Assembly (NCBI GenBank): GCA_965204725.1
Contig: OZ242005.1
Location: forward strand, 1,408,001-1,472,000
Direction: 5' to 3'
Source: Candidatus Latescibacterota bacterium
Lineage (GTDB): Bacteria; Latescibacterota; UBA2968; UBA8231
DNA: 64,000 bases
Part shown: piece by piece, positions 51,867 to 61,108 of the stretch
Numbering within the stretch: position 1 is the first letter of the stretch
How the letters are laid out: the number at the start of each line of letters is the position of its first letter
Position numbers and translations under genes: made by a program
The notes under the pieces: generated by a model
What the model was told of the DNA's origin: nothing
Database searches by the model: none
Seen by the model: the letters and a program-made list of their open reading frames with translations, nothing else

Positions 51867-53861
51867 TCACCGGCTTGGCGTCAACTCCGCTTTCCAGAGG
51901 GTGCGGTTGTCTCTGGAAATCCACTGGCCGATATGGATGCGGTCGATGGCGTAGGCGGGGAGATGGGCGATAGCGATGCACTGGTCGCCGAGCCGGAAGC
52001 CGAGGGATTTCCAAAGCGAGTTATAGTGGAAATAGAAGTCGAGATTCTCCGAACCGTACTGTTGGCGGTCGGCTGGCAGGTCGGCGGGGTCGGCTGGGAC
52101 GACGTGCAAAACGAACTTGGCCTGCGGGTCGGCGGGGGCGCACGGCTCTTTGCGGTAGATCAGCTTATGTCCGGTGCGGTACACGGTCCAGCCGGCGCGG
52201 CGTACTTGCTCGCTGGCCTGTTGGATGAGTTGATCTATGTAGCGTTGTTTTCGAGTGCGATGCCTGTCTTCGTCGAAGGGTTCGTACGCTGTGCGGCGGA
52301 GTATGAGGCCATCGGGCAGTTCGGCCACGACTTCCACGCCGGGCAAGAGATGGAAGTCCAAATCGTCGTAGCCGAAAAATCCTTGATGATAGGGCTCATT
52401 AAGGCAAACGATATGCGCCCCGGCCTCGATCTCGGCCCGCCCCATCTTGTGCGTGATTATTCGGTACGTTCTCAACTTTCTTAGGGCGGCAGTCCGATCC
52501 CAAAACCAAGCAATCGCGCCCCTGTTGCTGTAAATCGTGCCCTCGATAGGGTTGTCCCGGATATACTTCAGGGTCTCGGAATGTTGGAAGCGGGCGGCAT
52601 TGTTCAACCCGTATTGGTATCCGGTGACATAAGCTTGGGCGGTACGGCGGAGGTTTGCTCGCGCTGAGAAGCATAAGTGAGCGAGGGCGGCCAGCACGAC
52701 GAGGGACGCCAGCCCGTAGCGGACAGCCCCCATCCAGCCCGCCGCCTCGATGGACAGGAGCCGGTCCAGCAAAAACACCCCGGCCAACAGCAACGGCACG
52801 TATATCGGCAGCAGGAAACGGGGGAGGAGGAGGAGCACATTGAGGATCACGAGCGGCACGATGGTGACCATGAATACGAGGTAGGCTACGGCGAACACCC
52901 CGAAGGGGAGCACCGGCCCCAACCCAAACGATGGCGACTTGCCGCCCATGCCGAAGCCGCGGCCAGCCCAAACGACGACTGCCCCCGCTGCCAAAATGAC
53001 TAGCCCAGCCACCATCCACAGGAGATAACCCAACCCGTCCGGCGCGTTGGGGGGAATCGCCCATCCCCGGAATGTATCCGCCACTCGGCTCAGCGCATCG
53101 AACAGGGACGCCCCCGAGTCTGTTCTCGGCCCGGTCAGGAGCCCGGAGACCGCCCAGTTGTGTGTCAGCACCCCTGCGAGGGGGATGGATGAGACGGCCC
53201 CAAATACGAGGGTGTGCTTTAACCGGGTGGTCAGCGGCGGGGCGCGACGCACCAGCAGCACGAGGACGCCGGTGCCGATCAGCACCACGCCCGCATAGCG
53301 GGTTATTGTGGCTAGCGCGGTGAAAACCGCTGCCCACCACAGGGGCGCGTCCGTCCGCCGATTGAGGAAGGCCGCCAACTGCATCAAGGCGAGGAGCGTA
53401 AACAGGACGAAGAGGGGCTCGGTCTTGATGGTTGACGCGAAATCGCTCAGGGGCCGGGAGGCCGCGATGATCGCGGTGGCGGTCAGTGTCAGCCACCGCG
53501 ACCGGAGATTTGAGCGCAGCCAGCATCCCGCGGCAAGGATGGTCAGCCCGAAGGCGGTGGCGTTGATCCACCGACCCGCTTCCAGCGGCTCGATGCCGAC
53601 CCAACCGCCAGCCACCAGCAACAGGGGGAACAAGGGCGGCCAATGCACCGTCGGACGGTCCGCGAAATCCCGCCAGCCCTCTCCGGCGAGGAAGTTCAGG
53701 GCCGTAGAAAGGAAAAATACGGAATCTCCGATGACCGCGGCACCGTAGGTGGCGGTGCGGACGAGGATGTTCGCGGTGCTCAGCCCGGCGATAAGGACGA
53801 TGAGCAGGATGCAGGGGTCGCGCCCGAACCGGGCGATCTTCTCGAATGCGGAGTGCTTCAT
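51867..53861 (-). CDS. Array copy 4: GT-C-like membrane protein, one C-terminal domain
   Basis: Paralog motifs; C-terminal third nearly identical to copy 3. Confidence 0.75.
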   Translation of the reverse strand: MKHSAFEKIARFGRDPCILLIVLIAGLSTANILVRTATYGAAVIGDSVFFLSTALNFLAGEGWRDFADRPTVHWPPLFPLLLVAGGWVGIEPLEAGRWINATAFGLTILAAGCWLRSNLRSRWLTLTATAIIAASRPLSDFASTIKTEPLFVLFTLLALMQLAAFLNRRTDAPLWWAAVFTALATITRYAGVVLIGTGVLVLLVRRAPPLTTRLKHTLVFGAVSSIPLAGVLTHNWAVSGLLTGPRTDSGASLFDALSRVADTFRGWAIPPNAPDGLGYLLWMVAGLVILAAGAVVVWAGRGFGMGGKSPSFGLGPVLPFGVFAVAYLVFMVTIVPLVILNVLLLLPRFLLPIYVPLLLAGVFLLDRLLSIEAAGWMGAVRYGLASLVVLAALAHLCFSARANLRRTAQAYVTGYQYGLNNAARFQHSETLKYIRDNPIEGTIYSNRGAIAWFWDRTAALRKLRTYRIITHKMGRAEIEAGAHIVCLNEPYHQGFFGYDDLDFHLLPGVEVVAELPDGLILRRTAYEPFDEDRHRTRKQRYIDQLIQQASEQVRRAGWTVYRTGHKLIYRKEPCAPADPQAKFVLHVVPADPADLPADRQQYGSENLDFYFHYNSLWKSLGFRLGDQCIAIAHLPAYAIDRIHIGQWISRDNRTLWKAELTPSR

Positions 53862-53885
53862 TTCAAATCATGTAGGATTGCTATA

Positions 53886-56210
53886 TCACCGGCTCGGCGT
53901 CAACTCCGCTTCCCAGAGGGTGCGGTTGTCTGCGGCAATCCACTGGCCGATATAGATGCGGTCGATAGTGTAGGTGGGGAGCGGGATGATTGCCATACAC
54001 TGGTCGTCGATTCGCTCGCCGTACCGGTCGAAATAGAAGTCGCGATTATCGGAATCGTACTGTTGGCGGTCGGCTGGCAGGTCGGCCGGGTCGGTGGGGA
54101 CGACGTGGAAAACGAACTTCGCTTGCGTGTCGGCGGGGGCACACGACTCTTTGTGGTAAATCAGCGTGCGTCCGGTGCGGTACACGTTCCAACCGGCGCG
54201 GACGACCGGATCGTCGGCTTGTTCGATGAGGTGCTCTACGTAGCGTTGCCGCTGGGCGCGATGCCTTTTCACTTCGTCGGGGTCGGCCGGAAACTCCGCT
54301 TTCCAGAGGGTGCGTTCCTCTGCGGGAATCCACTGGCCGACATGAATGCGGCGGATGGCGTAGGTGGGGAGCGGGAGGATCGCCACACACTGGTTGCCGA
54401 GCCAAGAGCCGCGCCAGTCAAAATGGAAGTCGCGATTCTCCGAGCCGTACGGTTGGCGACGGACTGGCAGGTCGGTCGGGTCGATGGGGACGACGTGCAA
54501 GACGAATGTCGCCTGTATGTCGGCGGGGGCACAGGGCTCTTTGAAGTAGATCAGCTTGCGTCCATTGCGGTACACGCCCCAGCCGGCGCGGCCGACCTGA
54601 TCGTCGGCCTGTTGGATGAGTTGCTTTACATAGCGTTCTTGCTGGGCGCGATGCCTTTTCGCATCGGAGGGTGCGGCGGCCGTGCGGCGGAGTACAACGC
54701 CGTCGGCTAGTTCGGCCACGACTTCCATGCCGGGCAGGACGCGGAGGTCCGTGTCGTCGTAGCCGTGCAGGTCGCGTCTATGGTCATAGGACCAAACGAT
54801 ATGCGCCCCGGCCTCGATCTCGGTCCACCACCTCGTGCGCGGGATATGGCGGTGCTTTCCTGGGGCGGCGGTCCAATCCCAAAACCAAGTAAGATGTCTG
54901 CTGTAGTTGGTGTAAATCCTGCCCTCGATCTGATTGTCCCGGAGGTAGTTCAGGGTCTCAAACTGTTCCCAATAGGAGGTGTTGTAAGCGGCGGCATGGC
55001 AGTATCCGGCTATATACGCTCGGGCGGTAAGACGGAGGTTTTTTTGCGCTGAGAATCCGACGTGGACAAGGGTGGCGAGCACGACGAGGGCCGCCAGCCC
55101 GTAGCGGACAGCCATCCTCCAGCCCGCCGCCTTGCTGGACAGGAACCGATCGAGCAGCAACGCGGCCGTCAACAGCAACGGCACGTATATCGGCAGCAGG
55201 TAGCGGCTGTCGATTTGCTTCCCAGCCGTGGAGGGCACGACGGCGACCATGAATGCGATGTAGATCCCGGTGAATGCCCCGAATAGGAGAGCTGGCCCCA
55301 ACCCAAACGATGGCGACTTCCCGTCCGTGCCTACGCCGCGACCAGCCCGAACGACGACCGCCCCGGCTGCCCAAACGACCAGCCCGACCACCAGCCACAG
55401 CAGATAACCAAACCCGTCTGGCGTACTCGGGGGGACGACCCACGCACGGAACACCTCGACGACCTGGTGCAGCCCATCGGAGAAGGACTGCCCCGAATGC
55501 TCTGCTCGGTCCCCTGTTGCCAAGTCTAGGTTCCCGGTGGCCGCCCAATTTCGCGCCAATACCGCCAGCAAGGGCACAGACGAGATCGCGCCAAAGCCGA
55601 GCGTGTGCTTCAGCCGAGCGAGGGGCGCTAGGAACAGGACGCCGGTGCCTATTAGCACCACGCCCGGATAGCGGGTCAGCGCGGCCAAAGCGGTGCAAAC
55701 CGCACTTAGCAGCAGGGGGGCGGTCGTCTTGCGGTTGGGGAAGGCCGCCAACTGCATCAAGGCGAGGAGCGCGAACAGGACGAACAGGGGCTCGGTTATG
55801 CATAGGGCCGCCTCATGGCTCAAGGGCAAGGAAGCTGCGATGATTGCGGTGGTGGCCAGCCCCAGCCACTGTGACCGGAGATTGGAGCGCAACCAGCACC
55901 CGGCGACGAGGATGGTCAGCCCGAAGGCCGCGGCGTTGACCCACCGCCCGGCCGCCAGCAGATCGATGCCGACCCAACCGAAGGCGGCCAGCAACAGGGG
56001 GAACAAGGGCGGCCATAAGGTCAGCGGTTCGCCCTCGAAATCCCGCCAGCCCTCTCCGGCGAGGAAGTTCAGGGCCGTAGAAAGGAAAAATACGGAGTCT
56101 CCGGTGACCCCGGTGCCGTAGGTGGCGGTGCGGGCGAGGATGTGGGCGGTGCCCAGCCCGGCGATAAGAACGACGAGAAGCAGCGCGATGTGATCATGCT
56201 TGCAAGTCAT
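53886..56210 (-). CDS. Array copy 5: GT-C-like membrane protein, two C-terminal domains
   Basis: Paralog motifs; tandem KxPCAPAD...GQWI domains. Confidence 0.75.
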   Translation of the reverse strand: MTCKHDHIALLLVVLIAGLGTAHILARTATYGTGVTGDSVFFLSTALNFLAGEGWRDFEGEPLTLWPPLFPLLLAAFGWVGIDLLAAGRWVNAAAFGLTILVAGCWLRSNLRSQWLGLATTAIIAASLPLSHEAALCITEPLFVLFALLALMQLAAFPNRKTTAPLLLSAVCTALAALTRYPGVVLIGTGVLFLAPLARLKHTLGFGAISSVPLLAVLARNWAATGNLDLATGDRAEHSGQSFSDGLHQVVEVFRAWVVPPSTPDGFGYLLWLVVGLVVWAAGAVVVRAGRGVGTDGKSPSFGLGPALLFGAFTGIYIAFMVAVVPSTAGKQIDSRYLLPIYVPLLLTAALLLDRFLSSKAAGWRMAVRYGLAALVVLATLVHVGFSAQKNLRLTARAYIAGYCHAAAYNTSYWEQFETLNYLRDNQIEGRIYTNYSRHLTWFWDWTAAPGKHRHIPRTRWWTEIEAGAHIVWSYDHRRDLHGYDDTDLRVLPGMEVVAELADGVVLRRTAAAPSDAKRHRAQQERYVKQLIQQADDQVGRAGWGVYRNGRKLIYFKEPCAPADIQATFVLHVVPIDPTDLPVRRQPYGSENRDFHFDWRGSWLGNQCVAILPLPTYAIRRIHVGQWIPAEERTLWKAEFPADPDEVKRHRAQRQRYVEHLIEQADDPVVRAGWNVYRTGRTLIYHKESCAPADTQAKFVFHVVPTDPADLPADRQQYDSDNRDFYFDRYGERIDDQCMAIIPLPTYTIDRIYIGQWIAADNRTLWEAELTPSR

Positions 56211-56224
56211 GTAGGATCGCTATA

Positions 56225-58582
56225 TCACCGGCTCGGCGTCAACACTGCTTCCCAGAGGGTGCGGTCCTCTGCGGGAATCCACTGGCCGATATAGATGCGG
56301 TTGATGGTATAGGCGGGGAGTGGGATGATTGCCATACACTGGTCGTCGATTCGCTCGCCGTACCGGTCGAAATAGAAGTCGCGATTTTCCGAGCCGTACG
56401 GTTGGCGGTCGGCTGGCAGGTCGGCCGGGTCGGCCGGGACGACGTGGAAAACGAACTTCGCCTGCACGTCGGCGGGGGCACACGGCTCTTTGTGGTAAAT
56501 CAGCGTGCGTCCCGTGCGGTACACGTTCCAGCCGGCGCGGCCGACCGGATCGTCGGCCTGTTGGATGAGTTGCTCTACGTAGCGTTGCTGCTGGGCGCGA
56601 TGCCTTTTTACTTCGGCGGGGTTGGCCGGCAACTCCGCTTTCCAGAGGGTGCGTTCCTCTGCGGGAATCCACTGGCCGACATGAATGCGGCGGATGGCAT
56701 AGGTGGGGAGCGGGAGGATCGCCACACACTGGTTGCCGAGCCAAGAGCCGCGCCAGTCGAAATGGAAGTCGCGATTCTCCGAGCCGTACGGTTGGCGACG
56801 GACTGGCAGGTCGGTCGGGTCGATGGGGACGATGTGCAAGACGAATGTCGCCTGTATATCCGCAGGGGCACAGGGCTCTTTGAAGTAGATCAGCTTGCGT
56901 CCATTGCGGTACACGCCCCAGCCGGCGCGGCCGACCTGATCGTCGGCCTGTTGGATGAGTTGCTTTACATAGCGTTCTCGCTGGGCGCGATGCCTTTTCG
57001 GATCGGAGGGTGCGGCGGTCGTGCGGCGGAGTACGACGCCGTCGGCCAGTTCGGCCACGACTTCCACGCCGGGCAGGACGCGGAGGTCCGTGTCGTCGTA
57101 GCCGTGCAGGTCGCGTCTATGGTCATAGGACCAAACGATATGCGCCCCGGCCTCGATCTCGGTCCACCGCATCTTGCTGCGCGGGATATTGCGGTGCTTT
57201 CCTGGGACGGCGGTCCAATCCCAAAACCAAGTAAGAAATTTGTTGTGGTTGGTGTAAATCCTGCCCTCGATCTGATTGTCCCGGAGGTAGTTCAGGGTCT
57301 CGAACTGTTCCCAATAGGCAGCGTTGTAATTGTAGGCAGGGTAGTATCCGGCTACATACGCTTGGGGGGCAAGACGGAGGCTTTTTTGCGCTGAGAATCC
57401 GACGTGGACAAGGGTGGCGAGCACGACGAGGGCCGCCAACCCGTAGCGGACGGCCATCCTCCGGCCCGAATCCTTGCTGGACAGGAACCGGTCGAGCAGC
57501 AACGCGGCCGTCAACAGCAACGGCACGTATATCGGCAGCAGGTAGCGGCTGTCGATTTCCTGCTCAACCGTCAAGGGCACGATGAGGACTAGGAATGCGA
57601 TGTAGGTCACGGTGAACGCCCCGAATGGGAGTGCCGGCTCCAAGCGGAAATAGGTCGGCGCGGCTTTTTGGTCCGGCCGGAGGGCGCGCAGGATGACCGC
57701 GGTGCTGGCGAGGACGACCGCGGCGACCGCCAGCCATATCAGATACGCAAACCCATCCGGCGCATTCGGGGGGACGGGCCACCCGTGGAACACATTGACG
57801 ATCTGGCGTAACCCGTCGGCTAGGGACTGCCCCGAAGGGCTTAGGACCCCTGTTCTGTCCCCTGTTGCCCGGGTCAGGTCCCCGGTGATCGCCCAATTAT
57901 GCGCCAATACCGCCAGCAAGGGCACGGACGAGATCGCGCCAAAGACGAGGGTCTGCCTTAGCCGGGCGGCGGGCAGCAGGATAAGGACCCCAGTGCCAAT
58001 CAGGGCCACGCCCGGATAGCGAGTTATCGCGGCCAGCGCGGTGAAAACCGCCGCCCACCACAGGGGCGGGCCATCTTTTCGGTTGAGGAAGGACGCCAAC
58101 TGGATCAAGGCGAGGAGCGCGAACAGGAAGAACAGGGGCTCGGTTACGCATAGGGCCGCCTCATGGCTCAAGGGCAAGGAAGCCGCGATGATTGCGGTGG
58201 TGGCTAGCACCAGCCACTGTGACCGGAGATTGGAGCGCAGCCAGCAGCCGGCGGCGAGGATGGTCAGCCCGAAGGCCGCGGCGTTGACCCACCGCCCTAC
58301 CTCCAGCAGATCGATGCCGACCCAACCGCCGGCCACCAGCAATAGGGGGAACAAGGGCGGCCATAACGTCAGCGGTTGGCCGGTGAGATCCCGCCAGCCC
58401 TCTCCGGCGAGGAAGTTCAGGGCCGTAGAAAGCGAAGCGATGGAGTCCATGTGGACCGAGGGGCCGTAAGTGGCGGTGCGGACGAGGATGTTCGCGGTGC
58501 CCAGCCCGGCGATAAGGACGATGAGCAGGGTGGTGCGGTCGCGCCAGAACCGGGCGATCCACTCGATGGCGGAGTACTTCAC
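56225..58582 (-). CDS. Array copy 6: GT-C-like membrane protein, two C-terminal domains
   Basis: Paralog motifs; GTG start (VKYSAIEWIAR) aligns with MKHSAFEKIAR of other copies. Confidence 0.75.
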   Translation of the reverse strand: MKYSAIEWIARFWRDRTTLLIVLIAGLGTANILVRTATYGPSVHMDSIASLSTALNFLAGEGWRDLTGQPLTLWPPLFPLLLVAGGWVGIDLLEVGRWVNAAAFGLTILAAGCWLRSNLRSQWLVLATTAIIAASLPLSHEAALCVTEPLFFLFALLALIQLASFLNRKDGPPLWWAAVFTALAAITRYPGVALIGTGVLILLPAARLRQTLVFGAISSVPLLAVLAHNWAITGDLTRATGDRTGVLSPSGQSLADGLRQIVNVFHGWPVPPNAPDGFAYLIWLAVAAVVLASTAVILRALRPDQKAAPTYFRLEPALPFGAFTVTYIAFLVLIVPLTVEQEIDSRYLLPIYVPLLLTAALLLDRFLSSKDSGRRMAVRYGLAALVVLATLVHVGFSAQKSLRLAPQAYVAGYYPAYNYNAAYWEQFETLNYLRDNQIEGRIYTNHNKFLTWFWDWTAVPGKHRNIPRSKMRWTEIEAGAHIVWSYDHRRDLHGYDDTDLRVLPGVEVVAELADGVVLRRTTAAPSDPKRHRAQRERYVKQLIQQADDQVGRAGWGVYRNGRKLIYFKEPCAPADIQATFVLHIVPIDPTDLPVRRQPYGSENRDFHFDWRGSWLGNQCVAILPLPTYAIRRIHVGQWIPAEERTLWKAELPANPAEVKRHRAQQQRYVEQLIQQADDPVGRAGWNVYRTGRTLIYHKEPCAPADVQAKFVFHVVPADPADLPADRQPYGSENRDFYFDRYGERIDDQCMAIIPLPAYTINRIYIGQWIPAEDRTLWEAVLTPSR

Positions 58583-58753
58583 CGTGGACAGGGTAATTCC
58601 CCTCCCTTCCGTAAATTTAGTAAGAAAAACAACCATTTACGTCATTATCCTTTTTCGCGTTCCAAGGCGATCCTACTCGTCGTCTAACAGGTTGGGGCCA
58701 TCAGAATTTATTACGGGCGTATCCCAGTGTCATTCCCGCGAAAGATGGCTATA

Positions 58754-61084
58754 TCACCGGCTCGGCGTCAACACTGCTTCCCAGAGGGTACGGTCCTCTG
58801 CGGCAATCCACTGGCCGATATAGATGCGGTTGATGGCATAGTCGGGGAGCGGGGCGATAGCGATACACTGGTCGTCGATTCGCTCGCCCCATCGGTCGAA
58901 ATAGAAGCCGCGATTATCCGAATCGTACTGTTGGCGGTCGGCTGGCAGGTCGGCCGGGTCGGCCGGGACGACGTGTAGAACGAACTTCGCCTGTATGTCG
59001 GCGGGGGCACACGACGCTTTGCGGTAAATCAGCGTGCGTCCCGTGCGGTACACGTTCCAACCGGCGCGGACGACCGGATCGTCGGCCTGTTGGATGAGTT
59101 GCTCTACGTAGCGTTGCTGCTGGGCGCGATGCCTTTTCACTTCGGCGGGGTTGGCCGGTAACTCCGCTTCCCAGAGGGTGCGTTCCTCTGCGGGAATCCA
59201 CTGGCCGACATGGATGCGGCGGATGGCATAGGTGGGGAGCGGGAGGATCGCCACACACTGGTTGCCGAGCCAAGAGCCGCGCCAGTCAAAATGGAAGTCG
59301 AGATTCTCCGAACCGTACGGTTGGCGACGGACTGGCAGGTCGGTCGGGTCGGTGGGGACGACGTGCAAGACGAATGTCGCTTGTATGTCGGCGGGGGCAC
59401 AGGGCTCTTTGAAGTAGATCAGCTTGCGTCCATTGCGGTACACGCCCCAGCCGGCGCGGCTGACCTGATCGTCGGCCTGTTGGATGAGTTGCTTTACATA
59501 GCGTTCTTGCTGGGCGCGATGCCTTTTCGCATCGGAGGGTGCGGCGGTCGTGCGGCGGAGTACGACGCCGTCGGCCAGTTCGGCCACGACTTCCACGCCG
59601 GGCAGGACGCGGAGGTCCGTGTCGTCGTAGCCGTGCAGGTCGCGTCTATGGTCATAGGACCAAACGATATGCGCCCCGGCCTCGATCTCGGTCCACCGCA
59701 TCTTGCTGCGCGGGATATTGCGGTGCTTTCCTGGGGCGGCGGTCCAATCCCAAAACCAAGTAAGATATGTGTTGTGGTTGGTGTAAATCCTGCCCTCGAT
59801 CTGATTGTCCCGAAGGTAGTTCAGGGTCTCAAACTGTCCCCAATAAGAGGTGTTGTAAGCGGCGGCATGGTGGTATCCGGCTACATAAGCTCGGGCGGTA
59901 AGACGGAGGTTTTTTTGCGCTGAGAATCCGATGTGGACAAGGGTGGCGAGCACGACGAGGGCCGCCAACCCGTAGCGGACGGCCAGCCTCCAGCCCGCCG
60001 CCTTGCTGGACAGGAACCGATCGAGCAGCAACGCGGCCGTCAACAGCACCGGCACGTATATCGGCAGCAGGTAGCGGCTGTGGATTTGCTCAGTAACCGT
60101 GGAGGGCACGACGACTAGTAGAAATGCGAGGTAGATCCCGGTGAATGCCCCGAATAGGAGAGCCGACTTCCCGTCCGTGCCTAGGCCGCGACCCGCCCGA
60201 ACGACGACCGCCCCGGCTGCCCAAACGACCAGCCCGGCCACCGGCCACAGCAGATAACCAAACCCGTCTGGCGTACTCGGGGGGACGATCCACGCACGGA
60301 ACACCTCGACGATCTGGTGCAGCCCATCGGAGAAGGACCGCCCCCAATGGTCTGTTCGGTCCCCTGTTGCCAAGTCTAGGTTCCCGGTGGTCGCCCAGTT
60401 GTACGCCAACACCGCCAGCAAGGGCACAGACGAGATCGCGCCAAAGCCGAGCGTGTGCTTCAGCCGAGCGAGGGGCGCTAGGAACAGGACGCCGGTGCCT
60501 ATTAGCACCACGCCCGGATAGCGGGTCAGCGCGGCCAAAGCGGTGAAAACCGCCGCCCACCACAGGGGTGCGTCCGTCTCGCGGTTGAGGAAGGAAGCCA
60601 ACTGCATCAAGGCGAGGAGCGTGAACAGGAAGAACAGGGGATCGGTCTTGAGTTGGGCCGCCTCATGGCTCAAGGGCAAGGAAGCCGCGATGATTGCGGT
60701 GGCGGCCAGCCCCAGCCACCGCGACCGGAGATTGGAGCGCAGCCAGCACCCGGCGGCGAGGATGGTCAGCCCAAAGGCCGCGGCTTGGATCCACCGCCCT
60801 GCCTCCAGCAGCTCGATGCCGACCCAACCGCCGGCCGCCAGCAATAAGGGGAACAGGGGCGGCCAGCTTGTCGGCGGTCCGCCCGTGAAATCCCGCCAGC
60901 CCTCTCCGGCGAGGAAATTCAGGGCTGTAGAAAGGAAAACGACGGAGTTTTGGTGGACCGAGGGGCCGTAAGTGGCGGTGCGGACGAGGATGTGGGCGGT
61001 GCCCAGCCCGGCGATAAGGGCGATGAGCAGGGTGCAGGGGTCGCGCCCGAACCGGGCGATCTTCTCAAATGCGGAGTGCTTCAT
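58754..61084 (-). CDS. Array copy 7: GT-C-like membrane protein, two C-terminal domains
   Basis: Paralog motifs; putative catalytic Asp replaced by Asn (HQNSV). Confidence 0.75.
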   Translation of the reverse strand: MKHSAFEKIARFGRDPCTLLIALIAGLGTAHILVRTATYGPSVHQNSVVFLSTALNFLAGEGWRDFTGGPPTSWPPLFPLLLAAGGWVGIELLEAGRWIQAAAFGLTILAAGCWLRSNLRSRWLGLAATAIIAASLPLSHEAAQLKTDPLFFLFTLLALMQLASFLNRETDAPLWWAAVFTALAALTRYPGVVLIGTGVLFLAPLARLKHTLGFGAISSVPLLAVLAYNWATTGNLDLATGDRTDHWGRSFSDGLHQIVEVFRAWIVPPSTPDGFGYLLWPVAGLVVWAAGAVVVRAGRGLGTDGKSALLFGAFTGIYLAFLLVVVPSTVTEQIHSRYLLPIYVPVLLTAALLLDRFLSSKAAGWRLAVRYGLAALVVLATLVHIGFSAQKNLRLTARAYVAGYHHAAAYNTSYWGQFETLNYLRDNQIEGRIYTNHNTYLTWFWDWTAAPGKHRNIPRSKMRWTEIEAGAHIVWSYDHRRDLHGYDDTDLRVLPGVEVVAELADGVVLRRTTAAPSDAKRHRAQQERYVKQLIQQADDQVSRAGWGVYRNGRKLIYFKEPCAPADIQATFVLHVVPTDPTDLPVRRQPYGSENLDFHFDWRGSWLGNQCVAILPLPTYAIRRIHVGQWIPAEERTLWEAELPANPAEVKRHRAQQQRYVEQLIQQADDPVVRAGWNVYRTGRTLIYRKASCAPADIQAKFVLHVVPADPADLPADRQQYDSDNRGFYFDRWGERIDDQCIAIAPLPDYAINRIYIGQWIAAEDRTLWEAVLTPSR

Positions 61085-61108
61085 TTCAACTCATGTAGGA
61101 TCGCTATA

